In this document: piece by piece, positions 21,298-31,199 of the stretch
Layout: each line of letters opens with the position of its first letter
How positions within the stretch are numbered: position 1 is the stretch's first letter
NCBI GenBank assembly: GCA_963749495.1
Contig: CAVVMW010000010.1
Span: 128,001-192,000 of the forward strand
Length of the DNA stretch: 64,000 nt
Direction: 5' to 3'
From: an uncultured bacterium
Lineage (GTDB): Bacteria; Verrucomicrobiota; Verrucomicrobiia; Limisphaerales; UBA8199
Program-made: the position numbers and the translations under genes
Notes under the pieces: generated by a model
Told to the model about the DNA's origin: nothing
The model's database searches: none
The model's input: the letters and a program-made list of their open reading frames with translations, nothing else

Positions 21298-22934
21298 ATG
21301 AAGCGCCTGTGGACAAGGCGGCGGCTAGGCACAGTCATGGGGGCTGTTCTATTGTTATGCTGGCTGATATTCCTGGTGCTGCCTGCCAACGGGCCGGGGG
21401 CTCGCCGGAGGTGTCCAGGCTGCTCCGGGCCTTGCAGCGAAAGGACTCGCGGCTGAATGATTTTGAGGTGGACGCCTGGAAGCGGCTGCCGCCGTTCCTT
21501 CAGAGGGCCTGCCAATCATTGGGGCCGGTGGCGGCAGAGCAAACGCGTGTGCGCGCCGCTGGCAAGTTGGCAGAGTTGGCCACCGGCGGAGTGCTGCCGA
21601 CAAACGCGGTTCCCTATCTGGTCAGGGTGCTGGACGACCCTGACTATGGAGTCCGATACCACTCCGTCGAGGAGCTCGGAAGGCTCGGCCCGGCAGCAGC
21701 CGAGGCGGTCCCCAGGCTGATGGAACTGTTTCATGCAACGGAGAGAGAGTGGGAATTGGTCGAGGGGAACTCGCAACCCTGCGGCCAGTTCGAGTCCTGG
21801 CATCTCCTCTCGCCCGGCTTATCGCTTGCGCAGAGCCCGCGACGCGCCCGGTTCAAGGCCTATTCGGCCTTTATGAAAAGCTGGCGGTCCGAAAACCCGT
21901 TTGGAAGGCCCCCGACAATACCGCTCACGAGAATTGACCCACCTCTGCTCACCTAAATTGACCCACCTTCCGCACAAGAAGCGGGCCGCCAACGTCAAGG
22001 GCACATTGTGGTGTTTAGGCGCCTAAACTTATCGTTATCGCTCAATACGTGGCTCCGAGCTGACCGTCCGAGGCACCACAACCTGTGGGGAGGGAATCAC
22101 TACTTGGAAAGGGAAGGTGCCGCCGAACGGCTGGATCAGTTTATCTGAGCAGAATTGGTCAAAATAAGTGAGCGCCAACGGTTTGGAAGGCCCCCGACCC
22201 TTACGGTGTTTTTTCGGACATTCTCGATGCCGTTCAGACTCACTGCGGAGCCGTGGATAGGTCGGCTCGCGGGTTTTGGGGGGCTGCACCACCGGGTAAT
22301 CCTGACGCTGGGGCAGATTGGCCGAGGCGCAGAAGAGGCCATCCCGGCGCTGATGCGCGAATACCTGGACCCGATGGATGCCCTGCGCTTCGAGGCCGCA
22401 GTGGCGCGGGCCAGGATTGACGGGAACTTCAAAGAAGTCGTGCCGGTGCTGGCCGCCGGGTTGCAGAGCGTGGGCACCGAACGGCGGCTCCAGGTCCTGA
22501 CGCGAGTCTCGGAACTGGCCAGGGCGCACGAGGAGACTCTCCCCTTTCTGATGGAAGCGGCTGCGGATCCAGACTGGGCCATGCAACGCCAGGCCTTGCA
22601 AGGACTGGCCTGCTTGGGCGCGCGGGCGGCGCCCGCTCTGCACGTGATTCTCGGGGCTCTCGAAGATTCGGACCCGCAAATTCGCATTCAGGCCGTGCGG
22701 AATCTGGCCGCGCTGGGCGCCACCGCAGCGCCCGCAGTCCCTGCCCTGGCCAAGGCCCTGCGCGACCCGGAGATGCAGGTCCGGTTCACTGCCGCGGTGT
22801 GCTTGGGCGCGCTTGGAGCCCAGGCGGTCTCCGCCCTGCCGGCCCTGCGGCAGACGGCTTCCGACCCGCATGGCGCCGTGCGCGTCATGGCCAGGGATGC
22901 CATCAAGACGATTGAGCGCTCCCGCGGCCCGTAG
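21298..22934 (+). pseudogene. membrane-anchored HEAT-repeat protein, frameshift at a G5 run (~21396) and interrupted by a 282-bp insert
   Basis: TM in frame 21298; HEAT units in ORFs 21309..21956 and 22155..22934, which are in the same frame. Confidence 0.75.
21917..22198. mobile_element. 282-bp insertion bounded by an 18-bp direct repeat, starting with an IS21-like terminal repeat pair
   Basis: gtttggaaggcccccgac at 21899-21916 and 22181-22198; gctcac.agaattgacccacc / gctcacctaaattgacccacc tandem at ~21923-21968. Confidence 0.55.
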
Positions 22935-22990
22935 ATCGGGGCGCAGGAAGATCCGGCGCGCCCCCTTTGGCTTCTGCCAATGCATTGGGA

Positions 22991-23138
22991 CCATGAACCG
23001 GTCAGGGGCCCCGAGGCTGCGAAGCCTTTTGGACTGCGGCAGTCCTCTGCCGCTCTCGCGTTCCCAGAACCAGGGACTGAAAAGCGGCAGAGGACTGCCG
23101 CAGTCCAAAACCTCGCGGGCCTCCTCACGGGTTCATGG
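22991..23138. repeat. REP/REPIN-like inverted repeat, family A copy 1
   Basis: ttttggactgcggcagtcctctgccgct..agcggcagaggactgccgcagtccaaaa inside ccatgaacc..ggttcatgg. Confidence 0.8.
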
Positions 23139-23329
23139 AGAGGGTGCCCGGATGCGCCCTTGGCCCCACGCCGCTTGAATTGAGTTGCAGAACACAGCCA
23201 TTTACCCATCCTGGGGCTTATGACCATTCCGGCCTTGGAAATCGGTGGCGCAGAAACAAGACGGGTTCCCCGGAGCCTTGGCCATGCCGTCGGAGTTCCG
23301 ACAAAAGAACACGAGGTGATTAAGTTGCC

Positions 23330-24998
23330 ATGAAAATCCACCTGACGGTCCTTACGCTTAGCCTGACCGTTGCTTCGCGACTACCCGCAGTACCAAGCGA
23401 CCCGACGCTTGGCACCCGCGAGGAGCTATACGGCCTGGGTGCGGTCGGGGCGATCGTCGTGCAACCGGATGGCAAGATCGTGGTGTGCACAGCCAATGGG
23501 GATCGTTTGCCTCTTCGTGAACCAGTGCACCGGCGTCTTCGGGTGGATTCCCGGACGCGTCTTTCGGTTTGAGAACGACGGTTCGGTGGATCGCAGTTTC
23601 CGTTCCGACTCCAAGTCGAACCACTCTGGCCGATAAATGATTGGTGTCTGTCACTTCAACCCGACGGCAAACTACTGGCGCCGGGCCAAAAAGGCAGCAT
23701 CGGTCGGCTGGCCCCGGACGGGAGGCTCGAGCAGACCTTCCCTCTGCAACCGGCGGAAACGAACGCGCCCCCGATTTGGGCACAATCCCTCCTGCTCAGG
23801 CCTTGTGCCTTGGGGTCGGCAGGGGAAGTCGTGGTCCGAGGCGTGTGTCCCGAGCCTGCACGGTTCACAAACGGATGGGACAGCTACATGTGGCCTGTGC
23901 CCGTGGTCCACTGGTTCGATTCCACAGGCCGGTTCCTCCATTCGAGCCCAGGGACCGAACACGCGCCGGATCTGGCCGCAGAACTGAACGTCGTCGGTAT
24001 GTGCGTTCGGCACATACTTTGGTATGCCCCACGACACGACAGGCCGGATAAGGCCTTTGTTTACATGCTCCCGACCCCGCCGCTGGAAAATCAGTTCGCC
24101 GATCCGGCAGTGGCCGCCCTCCTTCGCAGGGTCTCCGAGGAATTGCCCCTGTCGCTGTGCCGTTACGCGGTGCGCCTGCCTGACGGAGGCGTTGTTCTGG
24201 CCCTCTGCCTGGGGAACGGAATCATGACCGGCTGCCTGGTGCGCTTCGACCCGGGGTGGCATTGGGACCGCACCTTCCTGGCTCGCTATGAGATGGCAAC
24301 CACCGTCCACCCGATGGAGTTGGCTTGCGATCAGCGCGGGGGCCTTTTGGTCATCGGCTCGCTTGCGAAACTGAACGGGCAGGCGTTCACGGGTCTCGCC
24401 CGCCTGCTACCCGATGGCACTACGGACCCGGCCTTCCGAGCCTGTATCACCAACGGGATCCCGAGCTTTGACATGACCATGCAATTTCCGGGGGCAATCG
24501 CCGTCCAACGAGATGGCCGCATCCTCATTGGCGGCATGTTCACCGCTATCAACGGGGTCCCATGCTTCTTCCCTCGCGAGGCTCAACCCCGACGGATCGC
24601 TGGACCGGGAACTCACGGCGCGGTTCAGCAACGCGCGATTCGAAGAGGTGAAACGGCGGTTTGAGCTTTCGCGGATCAACCTTGCTGCCCGGCCGAAACC
24701 TGCAACCGCTCCCAGCGCCGGGAGCGCCAACACCGCTTTCCAGAGCCAAGGCGGGCCATCCCCTGCCTCCCAGACTGTCTGGGTGCGCCGACTCGAGGTG
24801 GAGGAGGGTGCCGCGGGCATTGACTACGATGGAGCGCCCAACGGAACCTACATCCTCCAGGCCGCAGACTCCATCAATGCACCCGCCTGGTCCAACATCG
24901 CCACCAACCAGGTCAACGCTGCCGGTCGGGGCCGGTTCAAGGATGCCTCTGCCGCCACCGCCCCAGCCCGGTTCTACCGCGTGCTCAGCCTGCACTGA
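23330..24998 (+). pseudogene. secreted delta-60 repeat (beta-propeller) protein with C-terminal FYRV domain; several frameshifts
   Basis: Signal peptide; AIVVQPDGKIVV, RFENDGSVDRSF, LARLLPDGTTDPAF, AIAVQRDGRILIGG and LARLNPDGSLD spread over 4-5 frames; ends APARFYRVLSLH. Confidence 0.75.
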
Positions 24999-25031
24999 CC
25001 TTCACATCCGCGAACCTTACACGTCGTTTTT

Positions 25032-25059
25032 TGTCCGGTTTTCGCCCAACCGGGTGCTA
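25032..25059 (+). promoter_or_regulatory. putative ECF promoter motif, copy 4
   Basis: TGTCCGGTTTT-cgcccaac-CGGGTGCTA. Confidence 0.6.
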
Positions 25060-25063
25060 TAAG

Positions 25064-25195
25064 ATGGCCATGACACCCGACGGCGAACTGCTGCGGCACT
25101 GTGCAGAAACGAACTGCGAAGACGCTTTCGCCGAGTTGGTGCGGCGGCATCTCGGCCTGGTCTATTCAGCGGCGCTGCGGTACGTCAACGGCGTC
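25064..25195 (+). pseudogene. N-terminal stub of an ECF sigma factor
   Basis: MAMTPDGELLRHCAETNCEDAFAELVRRHLGLVYSAALRYVNG; similarity stops there. Confidence 0.8.
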
Positions 25196-25391
25196 CATCC
25201 GGCGAGCGGCAGGCGATGGCGAGCCGGATTTGATTTGTGAAATGTGCCGCGGCGGCCAGGTTGACAGCTCTCCCGTCAGGTCTGGGCACTACCCCTCAGT
25301 GTGGTTAAGGGCCCTTGGCGGAACCGGCCGGAGTAACTAGATCGGTTGCCCGCTCCCGGGAGCAGCGGATCGGATCGCCCGCTCAAAACTG

Positions 25392-25419
25392 TGTCGGATT
25401 TTGCAGGTTTCGGGTGTTT
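25392..25419 (+). promoter_or_regulatory. putative ECF promoter motif, copy 5
   Basis: TGTCGGATTTT-gcaggttt-CGGGTGTTT. Confidence 0.6.
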
Positions 25420-25420
25420 A

Positions 25421-27070
25421 ATGGTAGAGATGCACGAGATTTCCGATGCACAACTGCTCCGGCGCTACGCCGAAAATGGGGACGAGGCCGCATTTCGTGA
25501 ACTCGTTGTCCGGCATGCGGACTTGGTTTATTCGGCTGCGCTGAGGCAAGTGGCGTCGCCTGATCTCGCGGGCAACGTGGCCCAGAGCGTGTTCATAGAC
25601 CTCGCTCGCAAGGCGCTGGAACTGGTGCGAACCCAAACCGGCAACGCTTCGCTTCTGGGCTGGCTCTACCGCAGCACACGCTTTGCGGCGCTGAAGCAGT
25701 TGCGTGATGACCGCCGGCGCCAAGCCCACGAAAGGCAAGTTATGGAGCACCTCCAGCCCGCCACTGGAACCGCGACCGATTGGGAGCGCGTCCATCCGCT
25801 ATTGGACGAAGCGATGTCCAATCTGGGCGAGGAGGACAGGCAGGCCCTGTTGCTGCGATTCTTCAAGAACCGTGATTTCCGCGCTATCGGCGAGTTGCTC
25901 GGCGTCAGCGACAATGCCGCGCAAAAACGCGTGAGCCGCGCGTTGGACAAGCTGCGCGCCGAATTCGCCCGCAGCGGCGTGACCACGACGGCGGTTGCGC
26001 TTTCGGCCGCACTTTCAGCCAACGCGGTGACAGCCGCGCCCGAGGGTTTGGCTGCGGCGGTTTGGGCCGCTGCCCTGGCCGAAACAACGATTGTCACCGC
26101 CGCAACCACAACCACTAAAGCTATTGCCATGACCACGATGCAAAAAACGTTAATCGCCGCGACGGTCGCCGCCCTCAGCGGCGCCACAGTCTTCACGGCG
26201 CATCAGGCCGCGCGCCTGCGTGCCGATGTCGCAACGCTTCGGCAGCGTGAGGCGCCGCTGAGTGAGCAAGCCGGATTATTGGAGCGGGAGCGGGATGCCG
26301 CGACAAACCGGCTGGCTTTGCTCGCGGGCGAGGTTGCGCGCTTGAGCAACGCCTCCGCTGAACTGCTGAAACTCCGGAGCGAGGTGGGCCGATTGCGCGC
26401 CCAATCCCAGGAGTTGGCCAGGCTAAAAGCGGGTGGTCCAGGGACAGAAACGGGGCCGGAGGAGGGAGCCTGGCTCGAAAGGGTCAAACTGCTCAGGCAA
26501 AAGCTCGACCAAACACCGGCAGCGAAAATCCCCGAGCTTCAGTTCCTCACCGATTTCGATTGGCTCATGGCCGCCAAACACAAATTGGACACCGAGGATG
26601 ATTACCGCCTGGCTTTTCGCGACTTGCGGTCGAGCGCGATAGGCAATTTTGTTCGCACAGCGGCAATCGCGTTGGGGAAATATGTCCAGGCCCATAATGG
26701 CCAGTTCCCCACCGATCTGGCGCAGCTGAAGTCCTCTTTCGAGACTCCGCCCAGCGATGATCTCTTGGAACGCTACAAGATCGTTCCCTCCGCCAGCCTG
26801 ACCGAGCTGGATCGTCCCGCGAACAGCGAATGGGTCATAGCACTTAAGTCCCCGCAGGACGAGAGCAACTGGGCCATTAGCCCAAACGGATCACACGCCT
26901 TCGTTGATAATCCGCAGATGACCATCCTCGCCCCGGCGATGAAAGCCGCGCTTGATGCCGCCCCGGTCGTCAACGGGGCGCGGCGACTCGATATTCATCA
27001 ACTGGCTCCTTACCTCACAACTCCCGAGCAAAAAGCCGCGTATGAAGAACTGATCCGGGCTTCAAAGTGA
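25421..27070 (+). CDS. ECF sigma-70 factor with TM, coiled coil and pilin/GspG-like extension
   Basis: SDAQLLRRYA..NVAQSVFIDLARKA..WLYR..LRFFKNRDFRAIG..AAQKRVSRAL; TKAIAMTTMQK+TM; ELLKLRSEVGRLR; ALGKYVQAHNGQFPTDLAQL. Confidence 0.9.
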   Translation: MVEMHEISDAQLLRRYAENGDEAAFRELVVRHADLVYSAALRQVASPDLAGNVAQSVFIDLARKALELVRTQTGNASLLGWLYRSTRFAALKQLRDDRRRQAHERQVMEHLQPATGTATDWERVHPLLDEAMSNLGEEDRQALLLRFFKNRDFRAIGELLGVSDNAAQKRVSRALDKLRAEFARSGVTTTAVALSAALSANAVTAAPEGLAAAVWAAALAETTIVTAATTTTKAIAMTTMQKTLIAATVAALSGATVFTAHQAARLRADVATLRQREAPLSEQAGLLERERDAATNRLALLAGEVARLSNASAELLKLRSEVGRLRAQSQELARLKAGGPGTETGPEEGAWLERVKLLRQKLDQTPAAKIPELQFLTDFDWLMAAKHKLDTEDDYRLAFRDLRSSAIGNFVRTAAIALGKYVQAHNGQFPTDLAQLKSSFETPPSDDLLERYKIVPSASLTELDRPANSEWVIALKSPQDESNWAISPNGSHAFVDNPQMTILAPAMKAALDAAPVVNGARRLDIHQLAPYLTTPEQKAAYEELIRASK

Positions 27071-27147
27071 TTTCGCGCATTGGCCCGGGCCCGGCTGGCC
27101 TTGTGCCGAAAGGAATCATCAGAACTATTCGATTTTGCGGTCGTGCC

Positions 27148-27354
27148 TCAACACTTCCTGGCGGCAACGGCCCATGTCGCACAGATTGTCACGTTGGCCC
27201 AACCCTCCAGGATGCGCAGCAGGGCGCGGACGGCCGAATAACCTGGGGGATCGGGCAGCGCAGCGAGGACCTCCGCCGCGGTGGCCTGCCCGCGGGCGTG
27301 GAGCACGTCCAGGATCTGGCGCTCGCGCCGGCTGAGATGCGGTTCGGAGCTCAT
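27148..27354 (-). pseudogene. BlaI/MecI/CopY-family repressor, N-terminal half only
   Basis: LSRRERQILDVLHARGQATAAEVLAALPDPPGYSAVRALLRILE, then truncated. Confidence 0.85.
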
Positions 27355-27358
27355 AACT

Positions 27359-27417
27359 TGCTAACTTTTTAGCAGATCGCCGCCCGGAGTCAAGCGAAAA
27401 ATGCTAAAATGTTAGCA
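27359..27417. promoter_or_regulatory. two palindromic operators TGCTAA-N4-TTAGCA upstream of the BlaI-like gene
   Basis: tgctaactttttagca (27359-27374) and tgctaaaatgttagca (27402-27417), flanking a minus-strand TTGACT. Confidence 0.7.
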
Positions 27418-27551
27418 TTATACGAAGAGCGCGACCTTGAGGTCAGGCCTCGGTTTTCCATCCTTCGCTCCCTTCGTTTCCTTCTGTTCGTCTTTTATCG
27501 TCTTCCGGGCCATGCCTTTGCAAAGCCGCAGCCAAACGGTGAGCAGAGGCA

Positions 27552-27616
27552 GGCAGAAAAATGGGGGCAGAAAGATGCTTTCAGGAAGAGAATTTTTCTG
27601 CCCCCATTTTTCTGCC
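27552..27616. repeat. GGCAGAAAAATG-type inverted repeat, family B copy 1
   Basis: ggcagaaaaatgggggcagaaa..tttctgcccccatttttctgcc. Confidence 0.7.
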
Positions 27617-27723
27617 TTCCCTTTTTTCCTGCCGGGTTGCGGCTGCGCCGCTTCAAGTCTCTGCGGTTTCATTGCCCGTCCGGACCAGCCTGCCGTTCCC
27701 CTCCGCCCATGAGATGAAGATGC

Positions 27724-29325
27724 TCAATGGGTCGCTGGCTTTTCTCTGGCTGGATCGATCTTGTTCAGCGCCCTGTTCGCCGCGTGGCGCGCGGCCATGG
27801 AAAACGTCCGCACGCGCTCGATGCTTGGAATCGCCGCTTTCGCAGCCGGTCCCATTTCCTCGATTGCCTCGAGAGCGCGGACCAACTCCATATCGGTCCC
27901 TTGTTGGTCGGCATTGAAGTTGCGATGGCGCAAGCGGCTGATCCGAAGATCTGGCGCCGCAGCGGAATCGAGCACAGCAACGAGGGTCGGCAGGCTCCTC
28001 TTGGGGTCATGGCTGATCCGCCAGATGGCCTGGGCCGCGGCGAGGCGCATCCACGAACTCCGATCCTGGAGCCGCCGCGCCAGCGCGGGCAGTGCTGCCA
28101 CCGCGGTCGTGCCCAGCTCACCGCACAACGTGGCGGCGGCCTCGGGTCCGCTGATCATCAGGTCCAGCGCCTCACCCTCGCGGGTCCTCCACATCAGTCC
28201 AGCCTTCCCGATGCCATGCGATTCGCTCTCCAGGCCCACCAGCAGGATCGGCATGGCCTCTTGAACCGGCCCCCCAACCTTTACCCGCGCCGCGGCGGCA
28301 ACCAGGCGGAGGTTTAGATCGCTGTTCGTGAGCAGAGGCGTGATTGCGGGCAACGCAGGTTTCGCGTCCGGGCCGATGGCCTGCAAGGCCCGAAGTATGC
28401 CGACCACCAGGGCCGCTTGCCGACCCGCCGCGACCCGGTCTCCAATCGGCTTGCCCAACACCAGCCGTTCCGCGCTCTCCTCCCGCAGGCGGGCTGCCAG
28501 GGCAGGGACCGCATCCGAGGCCACCGGCCCCAGACGCTCGAAGGCCAGGAGCAGGTCCAGAAGATTTCCCCCGGCCTCGAACAACTTGACCATCTCGGGT
28601 ATTGCCGGACGGGCAGCCTCCCCGAAGAATCCCATGGCCTGCACGACCGGCTCCAGCGCCGCGGGCTGCACGGGTTGGGACCGCAGGTTCGTCACCTCAG
28701 CCAAGAGGTAAGGAACCGCGGCGGGAATGGGCACCTGCGGCATCCGCAGATACCAGGCCAGCTCATTACCCGAAAAGTGATTCGTCTGCTCCCACTCTGC
28801 ACGCCAAAGCTCGAAAGTCCCCTGTGCCTGCGGCGCAATATTCAGTGCGGCCACCAGGGCAGTCGCCCGGACCATCAGGTTCGTCTCGACCCGCGCGATA
28901 CGCAGGATGTCCGGGAGGGCCGCCCCGGCTTCTGGGCCCAGGAGGCCAAGCCCGAACAGAGCGGTGCGCCGCACCTCCCAGTCCACGATGGGACGGCGGC
29001 CCCGCAAGAATCCCGGAAGACGATTCCACCGATCCAGCCTCGATTGGGAATCTCGCGCCGATTCCGGCTGCTGGCGAAGCAAACCCGCCAAGTGCGGGAC
29101 GGCGTTTGTGCCCAGCTTCGCCAACTTCGCCACCAAATCACCAGTTTGGAAATCATGTTGGCGCGCAACCCACTCCCGGAACGGCAGGCCATCTACCTTG
29201 AACCCCTCCGTTCGAGTAAAAAACCAAGTCCACACGATCGCTCCTGCCAGGACGGCGACGAACAGGCCCGCCCAAGGCACACGCCAGCCTGCCAACCGCC
29301 GTTTCCTGCCAGTCTCCGGATTCAT
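27724..29325 (-). CDS. membrane-anchored HEAT-repeat protein
   Basis: N-terminal TM, DGLPFREW, LGTNAVPHL, repeated (L/I/M)GP.A..A.P.(I/L). Confidence 0.85.
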   Translation of the reverse strand: MNPETGRKRRLAGWRVPWAGLFVAVLAGAIVWTWFFTRTEGFKVDGLPFREWVARQHDFQTGDLVAKLAKLGTNAVPHLAGLLRQQPESARDSQSRLDRWNRLPGFLRGRRPIVDWEVRRTALFGLGLLGPEAGAALPDILRIARVETNLMVRATALVAALNIAPQAQGTFELWRAEWEQTNHFSGNELAWYLRMPQVPIPAAVPYLLAEVTNLRSQPVQPAALEPVVQAMGFFGEAARPAIPEMVKLFEAGGNLLDLLLAFERLGPVASDAVPALAARLREESAERLVLGKPIGDRVAAGRQAALVVGILRALQAIGPDAKPALPAITPLLTNSDLNLRLVAAAARVKVGGPVQEAMPILLVGLESESHGIGKAGLMWRTREGEALDLMISGPEAAATLCGELGTTAVAALPALARRLQDRSSWMRLAAAQAIWRISHDPKRSLPTLVAVLDSAAAPDLRISRLRHRNFNADQQGTDMELVRALEAIEEMGPAAKAAIPSIERVRTFSMAARHAANRALNKIDPAREKPATH

Positions 29326-29494
29326 GCTGAGGGTGGAGTATCAGACACCGAACAGTTCGGCAAGTTTCGCAACTTGCGCTCTTGTGAAGCTTGGCCCTAT
29401 CAATGCCGCTGAGGCCGGCGTGAACACCAATTTGGCGCCGGTGGGGGACGCATGGCACTCGCGATCGTTGGAGCGCTGCTTGGGCTCTTTTTTT

Positions 29495-29523
29495 TGTCCG
29501 GTTTTGTCCCCTGGCGGCTGTAT
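29495..29523 (+). promoter_or_regulatory. putative ECF promoter motif, copy 6
   Basis: TGTCCGGTTTT-gtcccctgg-CGGCTGTAT. Confidence 0.6.
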
Positions 29524-29538
29524 GATGGGTGAAAAGCG

Positions 29539-31184
29539 ATGCCGGACGATCAGCAACTGCTAAAGCGTTACGCCGCCGACGGCTCCGAGGCGGCTTTCAG
29601 CGATTTGGTCGCGCGACACGTGAACCTTGTCTATTCGGTCGCGTTGCGCCGAACCGGTGGTGATGTTGAACTGGCGAAGGACGTCGCACAGCTCGTCTTT
29701 AGGGATCTCGCCCGCAAGGCCCGCCGCCTGCCGGAGGCCGTGTTGCTGGCCGGTTGGCTGCATCGCGCTACCCGCTTCGCCGCCGCGCAAGCGGTTCGCG
29801 CCGAACGCCGTCGTCATGCCCACGAACAGGAAGCCGCCGTCATGAATGCACTTCGCTCCGAATCCACGCCCGACTGGGAGCACATCCGCCCGCTGCTCGA
29901 CGAGGCGCTCGACCGGCTCGGCCGGCGGGACCGCGACGCGCTATTGCTCCGGTTCTTTGAGCAGCGGAGCCTGGCGGACATCGGGACCACGCTCGGCTTG
30001 AGCGAAGAGGCCGCCCGAAAGCGCGTCAGCCGCGCGCTAGAAAAGGTCCGGGCGGATTCGTTCGGCGGGGTGTGACAACAACCTCGTCGGCTCTCGCCGC
30101 AGCCATTACGGCCAATGCGGTCCAGCTCGCGCCCGCCGGCTTGGCCGGAGCCCTGGCAAGCGACGCACTGACCAGCGCGATGGCGGGGAAGGGAGTCGCC
30201 TTCACCATGCTGGAATTGATGACTGCGCCGAAACTCCAGGCGGGAATGCTCGTGGCAGTGCTGGCCCTCGGCATCTCCCTGCTGTTCTGTGTTCAGCATG
30301 GGCTACGTGCAACCTTGCTCAGGGAGAACAGCGATCTCCGCCGGAGACTGGCCCAACTCGAACGGGGGAGCGGCACCCGGGCCGAGCCAGCCATCGAACT
30401 TGAGGAATGGCAACGCCTGCGCAGTGCCCAAGCGGAGGTCCTCCGTCTGCGCGGCGAGCTGGGTTTGCTCCTGCGCCGACAGCACGTGCCCTGGTTCCCG
30501 ACCAACCAAGTTGCCAAGACCGGAGACAAGCCGGCCCCAACGAATTACATTTCAGGGTTCCAAAGGCTCCAAGCTCGGGGGCGCGCCCAACTGGCCGAAG
30601 GACAAACGCTGGCGATCGGAGGCTGGCCGGCCCATCCGGGATACCGTCTGCTGTTCCTGGCGATACCGAGGATCTCGGACGAGAATCCGGACCAGGTGGC
30701 CCTCGACGTTTGGAGCATCGAGGCCGGCGAGAAGTTGCTGGGGCGCTGCGGTTTGACGGGTTTGCTCGCGACGACCGGCGTGCAGGGAACTCAGGCCGTG
30801 ATATCGGAGGACCAAAAGACCCGATTTCTGAAGACAATCAATGACAGCGTTGCGCAAAGGGTCCGTGGGGAAGAACCGAACGGGGACGATCTCGGGTCTT
30901 TCAGTTGCGATTGGCCGCCGGAGGTCACGTCCAACGGCGTGCCGAAGAGCGTATGGTCAACCTTCCTATCTTACCACGACTCCTGGATCGGGGTTGAGAA
31001 CCCGGAAAACCATGCGCTTAATGAGCCTTGGCTCGCGGAGAGGCCTGTCTCATCCGAGAAATATGATCTCGGACCCTATCTCGGAGCGCCGATCGTCCTG
31101 ACGCCGAGCATCATGAGCGACAATCGTTCCATCGATTTGACCATGCAGGCCATGATGTTTTGGTATCCTACGAATAAGCCGTAG
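29539..31184 (+). CDS. ECF sigma-70 factor with TM, coiled coil and beta-rich extension; frameshift near 30060
   Basis: Complete sigma2-sigma4 in 29539..30075; frame 30072.. continues VTTTSSALAAAI, MTAPKLQ+TM, EVLRLRGELGLL. Confidence 0.85.
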
Positions 31185-31199
31185 CCCGTGAGTGGCGGT

